DNA from: Candidatus Kapaibacterium sp.
GTDB lineage: Bacteria; Bacteroidota; Ignavibacteria; Palsa-1295
Direction: 5' to 3'
DNA length: 64,000 nucleotides
Assembly (NCBI GenBank): GCA_038322815.1
Contig: JBBQGG010000004.1
Span: 1,953-65,952, forward strand
The first letter of the stretch is position 1, and each line of letters starts with the position of its first letter. Positions 9,307-19,094 of this stretch are shown here, piece after piece. The translations under genes and the position numbers were made by a program. The notes below the pieces were generated by a model. That model did no database searches and had not been told where the DNA came from. It was given only the letters and a program-made list of their open reading frames with translations.

Positions 9307-12300
9307 TTACTTCTGTATAATGAAGTCGTGCGACTCTATTGAGTTTGGAGTCGTGATGCGAAGTACGTACATTCCACTTGGAAGACTCTTCACACCGAGC
9401 GGTAAAATATACTGCCCCACTTCGTGCGGTACATTCTTTTCGATAATGCGAATACGCTCACCAAGTGCATCATATAGCTCGATCGTTAATGGTATTTTGG
9501 CAACCTTTACATCATAGGTAACGATCGGAACCCTGCCTTCGGTCGATGGATTCGGCGTAACAGAAATGATCTTCGTAGGCAGAAATCCATAGAGGTAATG
9601 TCTGAGAACGGAATCCCCGCAGGTTGGATTCGGAGCGAACGGTGTCGTACCCAATGCAGTGATCACATAACAAAGTGAATCTGAAGGATTTGCACCCCAA
9701 TAATAGGCATTGGAAACGGCAATCGGTGTACTATAATCCTTTGCTACCATAATTTGGAATTGAAGAGTAGCAGCCGTCATCTTTTTCGTGATCGGACCTG
9801 TGTTGCTCTGCAAGACAAACGTTACAGTTTCATTTCCATTTCCATCGGAAACAGGAATTGGATTCGAGCCGATGAGTGAAAGTGACGGGTCAAATTTTAC
9901 TGACGAAACATTATAATTCAGTAAATCCCTTCGATATGTTACTGAAAATGTCATGCCCATCGCCTGTATATCAGCAGGAACAGCTTCCGGATTGGTCAGA
10001 ATATTACCGTTCACAATGCTATCTCTCCAGAATCCGCCAAAATTAACCTGCACATCAATTCCTGATCCTGTCGTCCAGTTCGGAGCTTGCGACGGAGTCG
10101 TTATCACAGGTGTCAACGTATCACGTTCTACTCTTCCAATACCTGAAAGAATATTAGTAGAAAGTATCGTTCTCTTAAGCTTGCCGTCTGTTCCTAAACT
10201 ATCCCATGTTACCTGAACAGTTGCCGAAACAGGTCCTTCGATAGTCGGAGCATACAGTATAGGATAAAATAATCGTGTGCCCGGTCTATAGACTTTATTA
10301 ACCACCAATGTTTGTGGAGTCGGTCCGCTCACAAAGGAGAACTGCGGCGTCCCTGCCGGAACCTGATTGATAATATCGATCTGACGAAGTGTCAGGTTCG
10401 TTGTTCCGACATTAATTGCCTGAATACTATCGAGCTGGTTCCTGCAATTAAGAAAGGTCGGAGTATATGGATGCCCGGTATTTGTCGGATTGATATACGA
10501 CGCTGCAATATGAAGCGTCTCAGGTATTGTCTGCGGGCAGCTTGTCTTATATGTTACATAGAGAATAACGGTTGTATCAGTATAATTATTAAGTACCATA
10601 TCGACAGTTACGATCTTCCCATTCGTCTGACCTGGAAAAATAGTATCTCCGGGCGCAAGACCAACTCCTATTACCGGAGAAGTTATAGGTGTGATCGACT
10701 CAACAATAAGAGGCGCAGTACCTGTATCTGTTAGATAAAAGCTATGCGTATTTTTTTTGCCTAAAGCAACAATTCCATACTCAAGATATGTCGGCGCTAA
10801 ATTTGGCGTTGCATAGAGCACATGACCGGTAAAGCCGATTTTTTGATCTTTTTGAATGGCTACATCATTTACTGAATCCGAAGCGACAAGATCAGCATGA
10901 CGATCATCATATTTAGCTGGTATCGGTTTTGCAAGATTCGCTTTAAAGACAACATCAACCCAAATAGAATCACCAGCCTTGAGATCGAAGTTGCCAAAGA
11001 CTCCACTTCCTGAATATCGTTGGTTTGCAAGAATATAGAATTCCGATTTATCAGGACCCGCAAAACGCACGGAGTCAACATGTGCTGCCGGTCCGCCAGG
11101 TGCATTGTTATTTTTTAAGTAAACTCGTACAATATTGGTATCGTCACAAATTACCGTTTGTTCTTGGATTACACGATCCCAAATAAATCCGGATTTTACA
11201 CCGACACCGATCAATATTGAAGTATCTTTCTTTGTATGCTTGTAAGGCTCATTCAACGTTGTTCCCCAATTTTGCACAGTAGTATCTGTTCTTTCGGCAT
11301 AAGGAGTATAACAGAAGTGTAAATAAACTACCTGCCCGGGTAAAAGCACCATTGGAAGCAAACTGGAATCCTTAAACTCGAAGTTAAAGTAATTATGAAG
11401 AACCCATTGTGTCGTAAGAGTAAATGGGGCATCTCCAATATTTCTTACACTAACAGTATCACATTTCGTAGAGTCGACTATAATTGATCCGAAATCTCGA
11501 TTACCTGCGACGATGATCGGAATTGCAGGTTTGCCAATAAGATCGATCGGCAAAGGTAAACAATCATAGTTACCAAAAAGAATCGTATCCCGTTTAGTTG
11601 ATGTATCCGCAACTACCGTAAAGCATGCAGTAATAACCAGCGAATCTCCCGGTTTTATGGATGTCGGAAGAGGGGGAACAATACTCAAAATTCTGAAATT
11701 TTTCCCGAGTTGTAATTTTACGAATGCAATATCAAAAGGAGCTCCGCGATGAACTATCGAATCCTTGCCGGCTTTTGTCGTATCGCCCTTTTGATGTTTT
11801 GTATCTCCGATATTGTAGAATACAAATCGTGAACATGAATCGCTTGGAAGTGGGACTTTAAGAAATTTTCCACTGCTTGGCGTTATTTTGAACAGAGGGG
11901 CTTTGTATTTAAGTTGAACGAGAATAGCACCTCCCTGATCGTCAACGATGAAAAGCGGTGCATAGGCACTATCCAACGGATTATTCACTAATACCTTAAA
12001 GCAGACATCGGAATCATCACCCGTAAAATTGATCTCGTTCGTACGATCAGGGTCAAGTGAATCATCAAGTCGCGTATTCCTGAAGATATAACCGGGCTTG
12101 AGAATATCACCAGTTGAATCTTCCAGAAGAGTTACACTCTTTATACCTTGGTTATAAAGTCCAAAAGTCGAATCATGCACACAGACATTCCAATATGAAC
12201 AGAATGTATCTACCATTACTCTGATATGCGGTTCGCCGCCGATCTTCATTCCGACCGGAAGACCATACGAGAAAAAGAAATCATCACCGTCAAGATCACC

Positions 12301-13824
12301 AAGATCGAAGTTCGGATCAAGAGCACGGAAACCGTAGTTATAAACCATGAACGGACGCGGACCAACAGCATAATAACTTCCCGGTCCTAATTGGAATCTC
12401 TGTCCCATCAGATTAGGATAATTCGGAATACTATTAAACGCTGTTTGAGGAGCGATGACCTGTTTGATCGGCCTGATCACACCTCCGTTAAAAGAGCCTT
12501 TGATCGCTCCGTCAAGATCTCCTTTTTGGCAAAGAATATTAACATAATAGCCCTGTAAAGTTTCAAATTTATTTGCAGGAACATACCATAAGAACGATGT
12601 TCTCCATCTGGAAATAGGAACAACGGAGATCATGCTTGGTCCGGGATAAGGGGCTGCAGTTGCGAAATTACGCTGATCGTACATCATTGCAGTGAATTTT
12701 TTCCCATTCGTAGATTCAATATCTATCGGGCAAAGAACTCCGAATCTTTCCGGAGGAGGTTGTTGAAGTCTGCCTGCCGTCATAGCTATTGGACCACTTA
12801 CGCAAAGATCAAAAAAGTTAATGGTCGAACCGATCGTATCGTATGAAAAGACCCGGTAATTTTCGCCGGTTCCTTCATACTGATTAGGATCCGGAGGTCG
12901 TGAATCTATCAGTGGAACCATCACATATCCGGTCGTATCCCACATATTATAAGGATACATCTGCTCTACCATGAAATCACGTCCTTCAAGCGAACGATTA
13001 CTGACGCCTCCTAAAGCAGCATTTTCATGTCCGGCTATAACGGCAATCGGCTTATCAGATTCTACGATCGATCCTGAGATATCGTCATCTTCCTCATCGG
13101 AAGCCGACTTTACTAAATAGCATTGTCCTCTGCGCAATCCAACAAAATACGCCGGCTCAGTAGGGAAAGTACTTCCCTTTCCGCTATGAAAGCCGGAATG
13201 GCCACCGAGCGTAGTTGAGTTAGGAATGATCTTTACGGTCGTACCGTCGAATGGAGCGATGATCTCAAAAAATCCATGGGATACTTCAAGTTCTCTTGGT
13301 CCTAAAAAACCTCCCTGAAGTCCGAGATTACCGGGGTTATTACCATAGCTTTGAATAACGTATCTTTTTCCCAAAGCAGCAGTCGTTATAGGAAGAAAGC
13401 TGCCTCCCGAACAAGCACCGGTACTGAAGAACTGGACATTGATCGCCCTATCTGCTGTAACATGACAGGCAGCAAATTCAGGAACATCTCCGGAATCTGC
13501 CATTTTAACCTGTGAAAGATCCAATTGAATCTGAATGCCGGTTCGTGCTGGTATAGTATATCGTCTACCTTGTACTTCAACTCCGGTCTGTCTATCAAAA
13601 TAGGATACTGTAACGTGATTATCGGTATAGCTTGATACGAGAATGTAGGCACCATAAAAACCATCGGTAGAAGAATTTCCAACTTTATTATAGCTTGGGT
13701 ACATGAAACCTACGAAAAAGTCCTTACCATCGGTAGGCAGAGAGAGGCTCTGCGAACGGACTACAGTTTGCGCTGCTACAACGATAAGCAGAGCTACAAT
13801 AAAAGATTTCCAGATGTGTTTCAT
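9307..13824 (-). CDS. giant (about 1505 aa) T9SS-secreted surface protein, paralogue of 48860-52063
   Basis: Likely start MKHIWKSFIVALLIVVAAQTVVRSQ (signal peptide). The N-terminal module GKDFFVGFMYPSYN...VTVSYFD resembles the IgGFc-binding-protein N-terminal domain. The long middle part looks Ig-like and beta-rich. The C-terminus (VTPNPSTEGR...MYVLRITTPNSIESHDFIIQK) is a T9SS sorting domain. Confidence 0.7.
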   Translation of the reverse strand: MKHIWKSFIVALLIVVAAQTVVRSQSLSLPTDGKDFFVGFMYPSYNKVGNSSTDGFYGAYILVSSYTDNHVTVSYFDRQTGVEVQGRRYTIPARTGIQIQLDLSQVKMADSGDVPEFAACHVTADRAINVQFFSTGACSGGSFLPITTAALGKRYVIQSYGNNPGNLGLQGGFLGPRELEVSHGFFEIIAPFDGTTVKIIPNSTTLGGHSGFHSGKGSTFPTEPAYFVGLRRGQCYLVKSASDEEDDDISGSIVESDKPIAVIAGHENAALGGVSNRSLEGRDFMVEQMYPYNMWDTTGYVMVPLIDSRPPDPNQYEGTGENYRVFSYDTIGSTINFFDLCVSGPIAMTAGRLQQPPPERFGVLCPIDIESTNGKKFTAMMYDQRNFATAAPYPGPSMISVVPISRWRTSFLWYVPANKFETLQGYYVNILCQKGDLDGAIKGSFNGGVIRPIKQVIAPQTAFNSIPNYPNLMGQRFQLGPGSYYAVGPRPFMVYNYGFRALDPNFDLGDLDGDDFFFSYGLPVGMKIGGEPHIRVMVDTFCSYWNVCVHDSTFGLYNQGIKSVTLLEDSTGDILKPGYIFRNTRLDDSLDPDRTNEINFTGDDSDVCFKVLVNNPLDSAYAPLFIVDDQGGAILVQLKYKAPLFKITPSSGKFLKVPLPSDSCSRFVFYNIGDTKHQKGDTTKAGKDSIVHRGAPFDIAFVKLQLGKNFRILSIVPPLPTSIKPGDSLVITACFTVVADTSTKRDTILFGNYDCLPLPIDLIGKPAIPIIVAGNRDFGSIIVDSTKCDTVSVRNIGDAPFTLTTQWVLHNYFNFEFKDSSLLPMVLLPGQVVYLHFCYTPYAERTDTTVQNWGTTLNEPYKHTKKDTSILIGVGVKSGFIWDRVIQEQTVICDDTNIVRVYLKNNNAPGGPAAHVDSVRFAGPDKSEFYILANQRYSGSGVFGNFDLKAGDSIWVDVVFKANLAKPIPAKYDDRHADLVASDSVNDVAIQKDQKIGFTGHVLYATPNLAPTYLEYGIVALGKKNTHSFYLTDTGTAPLIVESITPITSPVIGVGLAPGDTIFPGQTNGKIVTVDMVLNNYTDTTVILYVTYKTSCPQTIPETLHIAASYINPTNTGHPYTPTFLNCRNQLDSIQAINVGTTNLTLRQIDIINQVPAGTPQFSFVSGPTPQTLVVNKVYRPGTRLFYPILYAPTIEGPVSATVQVTWDSLGTDGKLKRTILSTNILSGIGRVERDTLTPVITTPSQAPNWTTGSGIDVQVNFGGFWRDSIVNGNILTNPEAVPADIQAMGMTFSVTYRRDLLNYNVSSVKFDPSLSLIGSNPIPVSDGNGNETVTFVLQSNTGPITKKMTAATLQFQIMVAKDYSTPIAVSNAYYWGANPSDSLCYVITALGTTPFAPNPTCGDSVLRHYLYGFLPTKIISVTPNPSTEGRVPIVTYDVKVAKIPLTIELYDALGERIRIIEKNVPHEVGQYILPLGVKSLPSGMYVLRITTPNSIESHDFIIQK

Positions 13825-14101
13825 GATTACTAATAAATATCGAAAAAGTCGCCGTGGGAATATGAGATTCTGTCTCATTACAACACCTCGTACTAATAGT
13901 AAAACTATCAAGGAAGTGCAAAGTTACAAAGAGATGCACACAATCCTTAAGAAAAGTATATTAATACAGGAAAAGTTCTCTTTTAGACTTAAAAGTGAGT
14001 ATTAAACATTGGGAACGAGCATACTCTAAAGGGAGTTTTCAAACCTCGAATAAGTAGCAATACTAAACGAGGAGATCATAATCCTCAGTATTACGGAAAA
14101 A

Positions 14102-14191
14102 GGAGGGGTGGCCGAGTGGCTGAAGGCAACGGTTTGCTAAACCGTCATAGTGTGTATAACGCTATCGGGGGTTCGAATCCCCCCCCCTCCG
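14102..14191 (+). tRNA. tRNA-Ser (anticodon GCU), type II with long variable arm
   Basis: Folded by hand. Acceptor GGAGGGG/CCCCTCC, D arm GCC-GAGTGGCTGAA-GGC, anticodon stem ACGGT/ACCGT with loop TTGCTAA, 21-nt variable arm, T arm GGGGG-TTCGAAT-CCCCC, discriminator G. CCA is not encoded. Confidence 0.9.
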
Positions 14192-15045
14192 CATTGCGAA
14201 AGAGCGTCAACTACTTTCAGCGCCTCAACCGTTTGCTTCACGTCATGCGTCCGAATAATTTTTGCTCCGTTGATCACACCGTAAGCTGCTGCTGCAATAC
14301 TTCCATTAATTCTTTCTAACGGAGGCACTCCGTCAAGAATCTTTCCAATTGTTGATTTACGCGAAACTCCCAGTAGCAAAGGAACACCAAGCTCGGAAAA
14401 TCTTTTATGATGACTGAGCAACGTGATATTGTCGTGCGTTTTTTTTGCAAAACCAAAACCGATGTCTGCAAGAATAATATCAATCCCTGCTCCCCTAGCA
14501 AGATCAATTCTTTTATTCAACCAATCAAAAACTTCATCAACGACATTCTTATAATTATAATCTTCTATCTTCGCTTTAGAAAATTCCGGACCATAGCCAT
14601 GCATTAAAATGATTGGTGCATTTTTTGCTTTTGCAAGATCGAGCATCGCTGCATCTTCGGTTGCACCGCTGACATCATTGATGATCGTCGCTCCTGAATC
14701 CAATGCTTGCCGCGCAACTTCAGATTTTGTTGTATCAATTGAAATTACTATATCGGAGTGTAACGCAACAAGATTAGTAATAACCGGAAGTGTACGATTC
14801 AATTCTTCTTCCAGAGTAATATTTTCTGCCCCTTTACCATATGCATCTCCGGGCGGGCGAGTTGACTGACCCCCTATGTCAATTATGTCAGCGCCATCAG
14901 CAAGCATTTGGGCTGCATGTTTTACAGCAACTTCTGCTAGTAAAAAAGCTCCTCCGTCGGAAAAAGAATCGGGCGTGACATTAAGTACGCCCATAACAAG
15001 GGTTCTTTTTTCTTTCAGGAACGATTGGAATCTTGTCGTATTCAT
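14137..15045 (-). CDS. folP: dihydropteroate synthase
   Basis: GVLNVTPDSFSDGG, DIGGQSTRPG-like, INDVSG, GFGFAKK, GVSRKS. The last ~18 codons lie antisense to the tRNA-Ser gene. Confidence 0.88.
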   Translation of the reverse strand: MNTTRFQSFLKEKRTLVMGVLNVTPDSFSDGGAFLLAEVAVKHAAQMLADGADIIDIGGQSTRPPGDAYGKGAENITLEEELNRTLPVITNLVALHSDIVISIDTTKSEVARQALDSGATIINDVSGATEDAAMLDLAKAKNAPIILMHGYGPEFSKAKIEDYNYKNVVDEVFDWLNKRIDLARGAGIDIILADIGFGFAKKTHDNITLLSHHKRFSELGVPLLLGVSRKSTIGKILDGVPPLERINGSIAAAAYGVINGAKIIRTHDVKQTVEALKVVDALSQCGGGGIRTPDSVIHTMTV

Positions 15046-15049
15046 TTTT

Positions 15050-15086
15050 AATAAAAAATGCGACGGGCACGAAGAGTGTCCGCCGC
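15050..15086 (-). terminator. rho-independent terminator candidate
   Basis: On the minus strand: GCGGCGGACAC-tcttc-GTGCCCGTCGC (10 of 11 pairs) followed by ATTTTTTATT. Lies between the small basic ORF and the folP start. Confidence 0.55.
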
Positions 15087-15109
15087 ATTGCGTAGAATAA
15101 TTAAAGCTC

Positions 15110-15223
15110 TTATTTTGCTTTCTTCTTACCTTTTGCGGCTTCTTTACCGGCTTTAGCTTTTGCTTTCACGCGATTTTCTGCCTTCGTATGTTTTTTTGCC
15201 ACTTTCTTTCCTTTTTTATTCAT
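15110..15223 (-). CDS. 37-aa lysine-rich basic peptide
   Basis: Hand translation MNKKGKKVAKKHTKAENRVKAKAKAGKEAAKGKKKAK*. ATG at 15221-15223. Its own terminator lies 24 nt downstream. Below the ORF-track size cutoff. Confidence 0.4.
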   Translation of the reverse strand: MNKKGKKVAKKHTKAENRVKAKAKAGKEAAKGKKKAK

Positions 15224-15252
15224 TGATAGTATTTATTATTAAAAATTTCTTT

Positions 15253-15301
15253 TGTCACTCTGAGCATTCTGGATCCGCTTCGCTCCACTCAGAATGACAC
15301 C
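15253..15301. repeat. short member of the GTCA(T/C)T... palindromic repeat family
   Basis: TGTCACTCTGAG...CTCAGAATGACAC inverted arms around CATTCTGGATCCGCTTCGCTCCA. Confidence 0.55.
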
Positions 15302-15323
15302 TTTGGGATACAAATTTACGACA

Positions 15324-15983
15324 TTATTTCTTCTTGTTCCAAGTAACGATGTATCCGTCATTTCGGATAAGGTCATTGATCGTCTCAATTTCCTTCACGC
15401 GCGGAAGAAGTTGAGCAAGAAAATTTTTCAGTATCGAAAGCCTTTCGTTCTCGCTGGTGATCGAAAGCAGTGCCTGCCTTTGATCAGCTTCAAGCCCTGA
15501 TTTCTGAGCAATTGCAAAGGAAGGAAGCTTATCTGTCCCCTGCCACATTGATGCGTCAAGCGCATCTATTGTACCTTTATAAGCAATTTCGCATAACTCA
15601 TTAAAGAGTTCTATCGCCTCATCAGCGAGAGAGTTATCCCTCTCTTCGGGAATATCTTCGATCCATCTTATACGGGCGTATGAAATATCATTCTCCGCGC
15701 CTTGCTCGAACTTCACGATCTCATAGCGCCTCACCCCTTCGGTTATAACGTCGAGTTTACCATCGGGATATCGCTGAATAACATCCGCGATCTGCGCTGT
15801 ACAGCCGATAGAATGAAGCTTTTCTTCTTCGACATAATTTATTCCAAAGGTCGTGTGATTCTTTAAACTTTCTTCACACAATTTTTTATACCGCTCTTCA
15901 AAAATATGCAGAGGCACTTTCGACGTCGGAAAAAGTACGACGCCAAGCGGAAAAAGCGGTATGCGAGTATTAGTGCTTGCCAT
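15324..15983 (-). CDS. LON N-terminal (substrate-binding) domain protein without ATPase or protease domains
   Basis: IPLFPLGVVLFPTSKVPLHIFEERYKKL is the start of a Lon N-domain. 219 aa. Its start codon shares one base with the iscX stop (TAATG). Confidence 0.75.
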   Translation of the reverse strand: MASTNTRIPLFPLGVVLFPTSKVPLHIFEERYKKLCEESLKNHTTFGINYVEEEKLHSIGCTAQIADVIQRYPDGKLDVITEGVRRYEIVKFEQGAENDISYARIRWIEDIPEERDNSLADEAIELFNELCEIAYKGTIDALDASMWQGTDKLPSFAIAQKSGLEADQRQALLSITSENERLSILKNFLAQLLPRVKEIETINDLIRNDGYIVTWNKKK

Positions 15984-16192
15984 TATCCTCCATGTTCATC
16001 GTTCCAAAGTTCGTACCATTCCATCTGTATAGCTTCGAGCTTTGCTTCATTCGATAAATGAATATCATCATCCCATTCCGGAAGCAATGCGATCCAATCG
16101 CGTAGCTGAGTAAACCGAACCGTTAACGGATCGATCTCCGGATGTGCAGCCATCAAAGCTTCAGCGATGTCCTCAATATCGTGCCAAGTCAT
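15983..16192 (-). CDS. iscX: Fe-S assembly protein IscX (YfhJ)
   Basis: MTWHDIEDIAEALMAAHPEIDPLTVRFTQLRDWI...PEWDDD is an acidic 69-aa protein with the IscX pattern. Sits after fdx. Confidence 0.8.
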   Translation of the reverse strand: MTWHDIEDIAEALMAAHPEIDPLTVRFTQLRDWIALLPEWDDDIHLSNEAKLEAIQMEWYELWNDEHGG

Positions 16193-16200
16193 TGGTATTG

Positions 16201-16536
16201 TTAATGCGCTCCTTCATGAAATAATTTCGCGATCGCAGGATTTAATTGCGGAATTTCAACGACCAGATCCACATCTTCGGTTATCTTTGACTGACATCCA
16301 AGTCTGGAATCAAGCGTCAATCCTTCAGCTTCATCAAGTTGATCGCCTTCATCATCTCCCATTTCGGTCAGGGATTTCGACCCTTGTTTAACGATAACAT
16401 GACATGTCGAACAAGCGCAGACTCCGCCGCAATTATGCTGCAGATCTATCCCATTTGCAAGTGCAACTTCTAAGATATTATCACCAACGAGAGCTTCGCA
16501 AGTGACGTTCATAGGAAAATATGTGATCGTAGCCAT
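16201..16536 (-). CDS. fdx: ISC-type [2Fe-2S] ferredoxin
   Basis: CGGVCACSTCHV plus a distal Cys (GCQ). 111 aa. Sits after hscA. Confidence 0.88.
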   Translation of the reverse strand: MATITYFPMNVTCEALVGDNILEVALANGIDLQHNCGGVCACSTCHVIVKQGSKSLTEMGDDEGDQLDEAEGLTLDSRLGCQSKITEDVDLVVEIPQLNPAIAKLFHEGAH

Positions 16537-16566
16537 AAAAATTAATATCCGGATTGGTTTAGGAGT

Positions 16567-18450
16567 TTATACTGCTTCCAAAGCCTTTCCGCTAAGAGCT
16601 TCTGAAACGGATGCATTCATAATTTCGTGCGCCAAAGGTTCGGTTGCAGTTTCGAGGGCATTGAGATTATCCTGAATTTCTTTGGCATTCTCAGTACCGA
16701 GCGATTTTTTAAGTGCATATAATGTATCAATAATATTATTGACATTCATTGTCTGTAATTTATCAGGTGCAAGTTGAACCTCATTCCTGCGAATTTGCCC
16801 AAGCACTTTTTCTGTTGCAGCGACGACGCGTTCTGCTTCGGTCTTTGCTTCACCAATTTTACGTGCAGCAATATCTTCTTTTGCAAATGTTATGCTTTCG
16901 CGAAGCATCCGTTCGATCTCCTCATCGGTCAAACCATATGATGGTTTCACTTCGATCTGCGTTTCGATCCCGGTATGAACCTCCTTGGCATTGACATGTA
17001 AAATGCCATCGGCATCAATGAGGAAATTCACATCTACTTTCGCTGCTCCGGCAGGAAGAGGCGGAATACCTTTTAGCGTAAATGATGCAAGATGCCTGTT
17101 GTCTTTTATCAAATCACGCTCGCCCTGATAAACATTGATCTCAACACCCGTTTGATTATCAGCGAATGTTGTATAACTTTCATGCGCTTTCGTCGGAATC
17201 GTTGTATTCCTACCGATGATCGTACTCATCATTCCGCCAATGGTCTCAATGCCAAGCGAAAGCGGAGTAACATCAAGCAGCAAAATATCACTTGCGCCAC
17301 CGCCAAGAATATTTGCCTGAATTGCTGCACCGAGTGCAACAGCTTCATCAGGATTCAGTGAATCGTGCGGCTTCCTCTTAAATAACTCCTGCACTAATTC
17401 TTTTACTGCAGGCATACGTGTAGCCCCGCCGACAAGTACAACTTCTTCAATATCTTTGGGTGAAAGTCCGGCATCTTTCATCGCATCAAGACACGGCTTT
17501 TTCGTCCGCTCTAAAACCGGACGCGCAACCATTTCTACTTCTGCACGTGTCAGATTGCGTTTATAGATAATATTTTTCTGTGAGAAATTCAGATCAACAG
17601 TAAAAGATTGAGCATTTGTAAGAGCGATCTTTGCACGCTCTGCTTCAGAACGAATTTGTTGAAGCTCTTCAGGACTTGGCATGAAGCCGGGTTCAATTCT
17701 CGAAATCTGAGAAAGGAAAAGCTCCATCAAACGACGGTCAATGTCATCGCCGCCGAGATAGGTATCGCCGTTCGTTGCAAGTACTTCAAAAACGCCATCG
17801 GTCAGTTTCAAAATTGAAACATCAAACGTGCCGCCACCAAGATCATAGATGACAAAGATGCCGTTCCTTTTTCTATCGAGTCCGTATGCAAGCGCAGCTG
17901 CTGTTGGTTCATTGATAATACGAAGCACATCAAGCCCTGCAAGCCGTCCGGCATCTTTCGTTGCCTGGCGCTGCGCATCATTAAAATACGCAGGGACTGT
18001 TATGACAGCTTTTGTAACAGGTTCTTCGAAATATTTTTCGGCTCTTTCTTTTAATTCGCGTAAAACAAAACTTGATAATTCTATCGGAGTATATTCCTTA
18101 TCACCGATATTAATGCGAACAAGTCCTTCTTCGCGTGGAACAAGCTTATAGGAGAGCATTCCCGATTCTTTTTGTACATCGGAATATGATTTGCCCATCA
18201 ATCGCTTCACCGAATACACCGTATGACCTGCATCAATGAGCGCACGCTTTTTTGCAGCAACGCCGACTGCCACAACACTTCCATCATCACCAAGTGTAAC
18301 GACTGAAGGAACAAGACCTCCGTCTCGCCCGGGAATGACTTTCGCTTCGCCGAATTCGACATAGGCAACGAGCGAATTCGTCGTGCCAAGATCGATTCCG
18401 ACAACTTTGCCACCAATGTTCTGCCCGGGTAATGTAATTTGAAGTGGCAA
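16567..18450 (-). CDS. hscA: Fe-S cluster assembly chaperone HscA (Hsp70 family)
   Basis: [35 protein letters not shown]. 627 aa. isc operon context. Confidence 0.9.
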   Translation of the reverse strand: MPLQITLPGQNIGGKVVGIDLGTTNSLVAYVEFGEAKVIPGRDGGLVPSVVTLGDDGSVVAVGVAAKKRALIDAGHTVYSVKRLMGKSYSDVQKESGMLSYKLVPREEGLVRINIGDKEYTPIELSSFVLRELKERAEKYFEEPVTKAVITVPAYFNDAQRQATKDAGRLAGLDVLRIINEPTAAALAYGLDRKRNGIFVIYDLGGGTFDVSILKLTDGVFEVLATNGDTYLGGDDIDRRLMELFLSQISRIEPGFMPSPEELQQIRSEAERAKIALTNAQSFTVDLNFSQKNIIYKRNLTRAEVEMVARPVLERTKKPCLDAMKDAGLSPKDIEEVVLVGGATRMPAVKELVQELFKRKPHDSLNPDEAVALGAAIQANILGGGASDILLLDVTPLSLGIETIGGMMSTIIGRNTTIPTKAHESYTTFADNQTGVEINVYQGERDLIKDNRHLASFTLKGIPPLPAGAAKVDVNFLIDADGILHVNAKEVHTGIETQIEVKPSYGLTDEEIERMLRESITFAKEDIAARKIGEAKTEAERVVAATEKVLGQIRRNEVQLAPDKLQTMNVNNIIDTLYALKKSLGTENAKEIQDNLNALETATEPLAHEIMNASVSEALSGKALEAV

Positions 18451-18488
18451 CGATTTAATTAAAAATTAAAAATGCAAAATTAAAAATT

Positions 18489-19079
18489 TTAAGAGTATAA
18501 TTCCGGAAATAACTTCCGTTCCGTACATTCGATCACGATATGAATGATCTTGATATGCAATTCCTGAATACGGTCAGTTGTCTTGCCGGGGACGATGATC
18601 GGAATATCGCAAAGTGATTTCATGTTGCCACCGTCTTTGCCGAGAAGGCCCACAACTTTCATCCCTTTTTTCTTAGCTGCTTCGGCAGCAAGAAGAATAT
18701 TCGGGCTATTGCCTGATGTCGTAATACCAAGAAAAATATCGTCTTTCGCTCCGAATGCTTCCACCATCCGCTCAAAGATATGTTCAAATCCGAAATCATT
18801 CGAAACACAGCTCATGTGTGATGGGTCGGCGAAGGCTAATGCAGGAAGCGGCTTTCTATCTTTACGATAACGACCTGTCCATTCCTCTGCAAAGTGCATT
18901 GCATCACAATGACTGCCTCCATTGCCGGCAGAATAAATTTTATTGCCGCAGTTGAACGTCGTTGTAAGAAGCTCGATAAATTGATCTACTTTTCCGAGCA
19001 GATCTTTATCCGCTAAAAATAGTGCAAGCGCATCTTGCGCTTCGTGAAGAGATGATTGAATATTATCTATTGTGGGCAT
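18489..19079 (-). CDS. gmhA: SIS-domain protein, D-sedoheptulose-7-phosphate isomerase (GmhA)/DiaA-like
   Basis: GNGGSHCDAMHFAEEW, ITTSGNSPN, RIQELHIKIIH. Start taken at MPTIDNI (19079). The track ORF extends to 19121. Confidence 0.7.
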   Translation of the reverse strand: MPTIDNIQSSLHEAQDALALFLADKDLLGKVDQFIELLTTTFNCGNKIYSAGNGGSHCDAMHFAEEWTGRYRKDRKPLPALAFADPSHMSCVSNDFGFEHIFERMVEAFGAKDDIFLGITTSGNSPNILLAAEAAKKKGMKVVGLLGKDGGNMKSLCDIPIIVPGKTTDRIQELHIKIIHIVIECTERKLFPELYS

Positions 19080-19094
19080 ATCCATTCTTTTGTT

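Noticed and set aside
5802-13682. Many 60-140-aa ORFs inside or antisense to the large T9SS genes (for example 5802-6164, 7476-7721, 10312-10734, 13386-13682)
   Set aside because: They are fully embedded in long, well-supported reading frames. Their composition is typical of antisense or off-frame translation and no family motifs are present.
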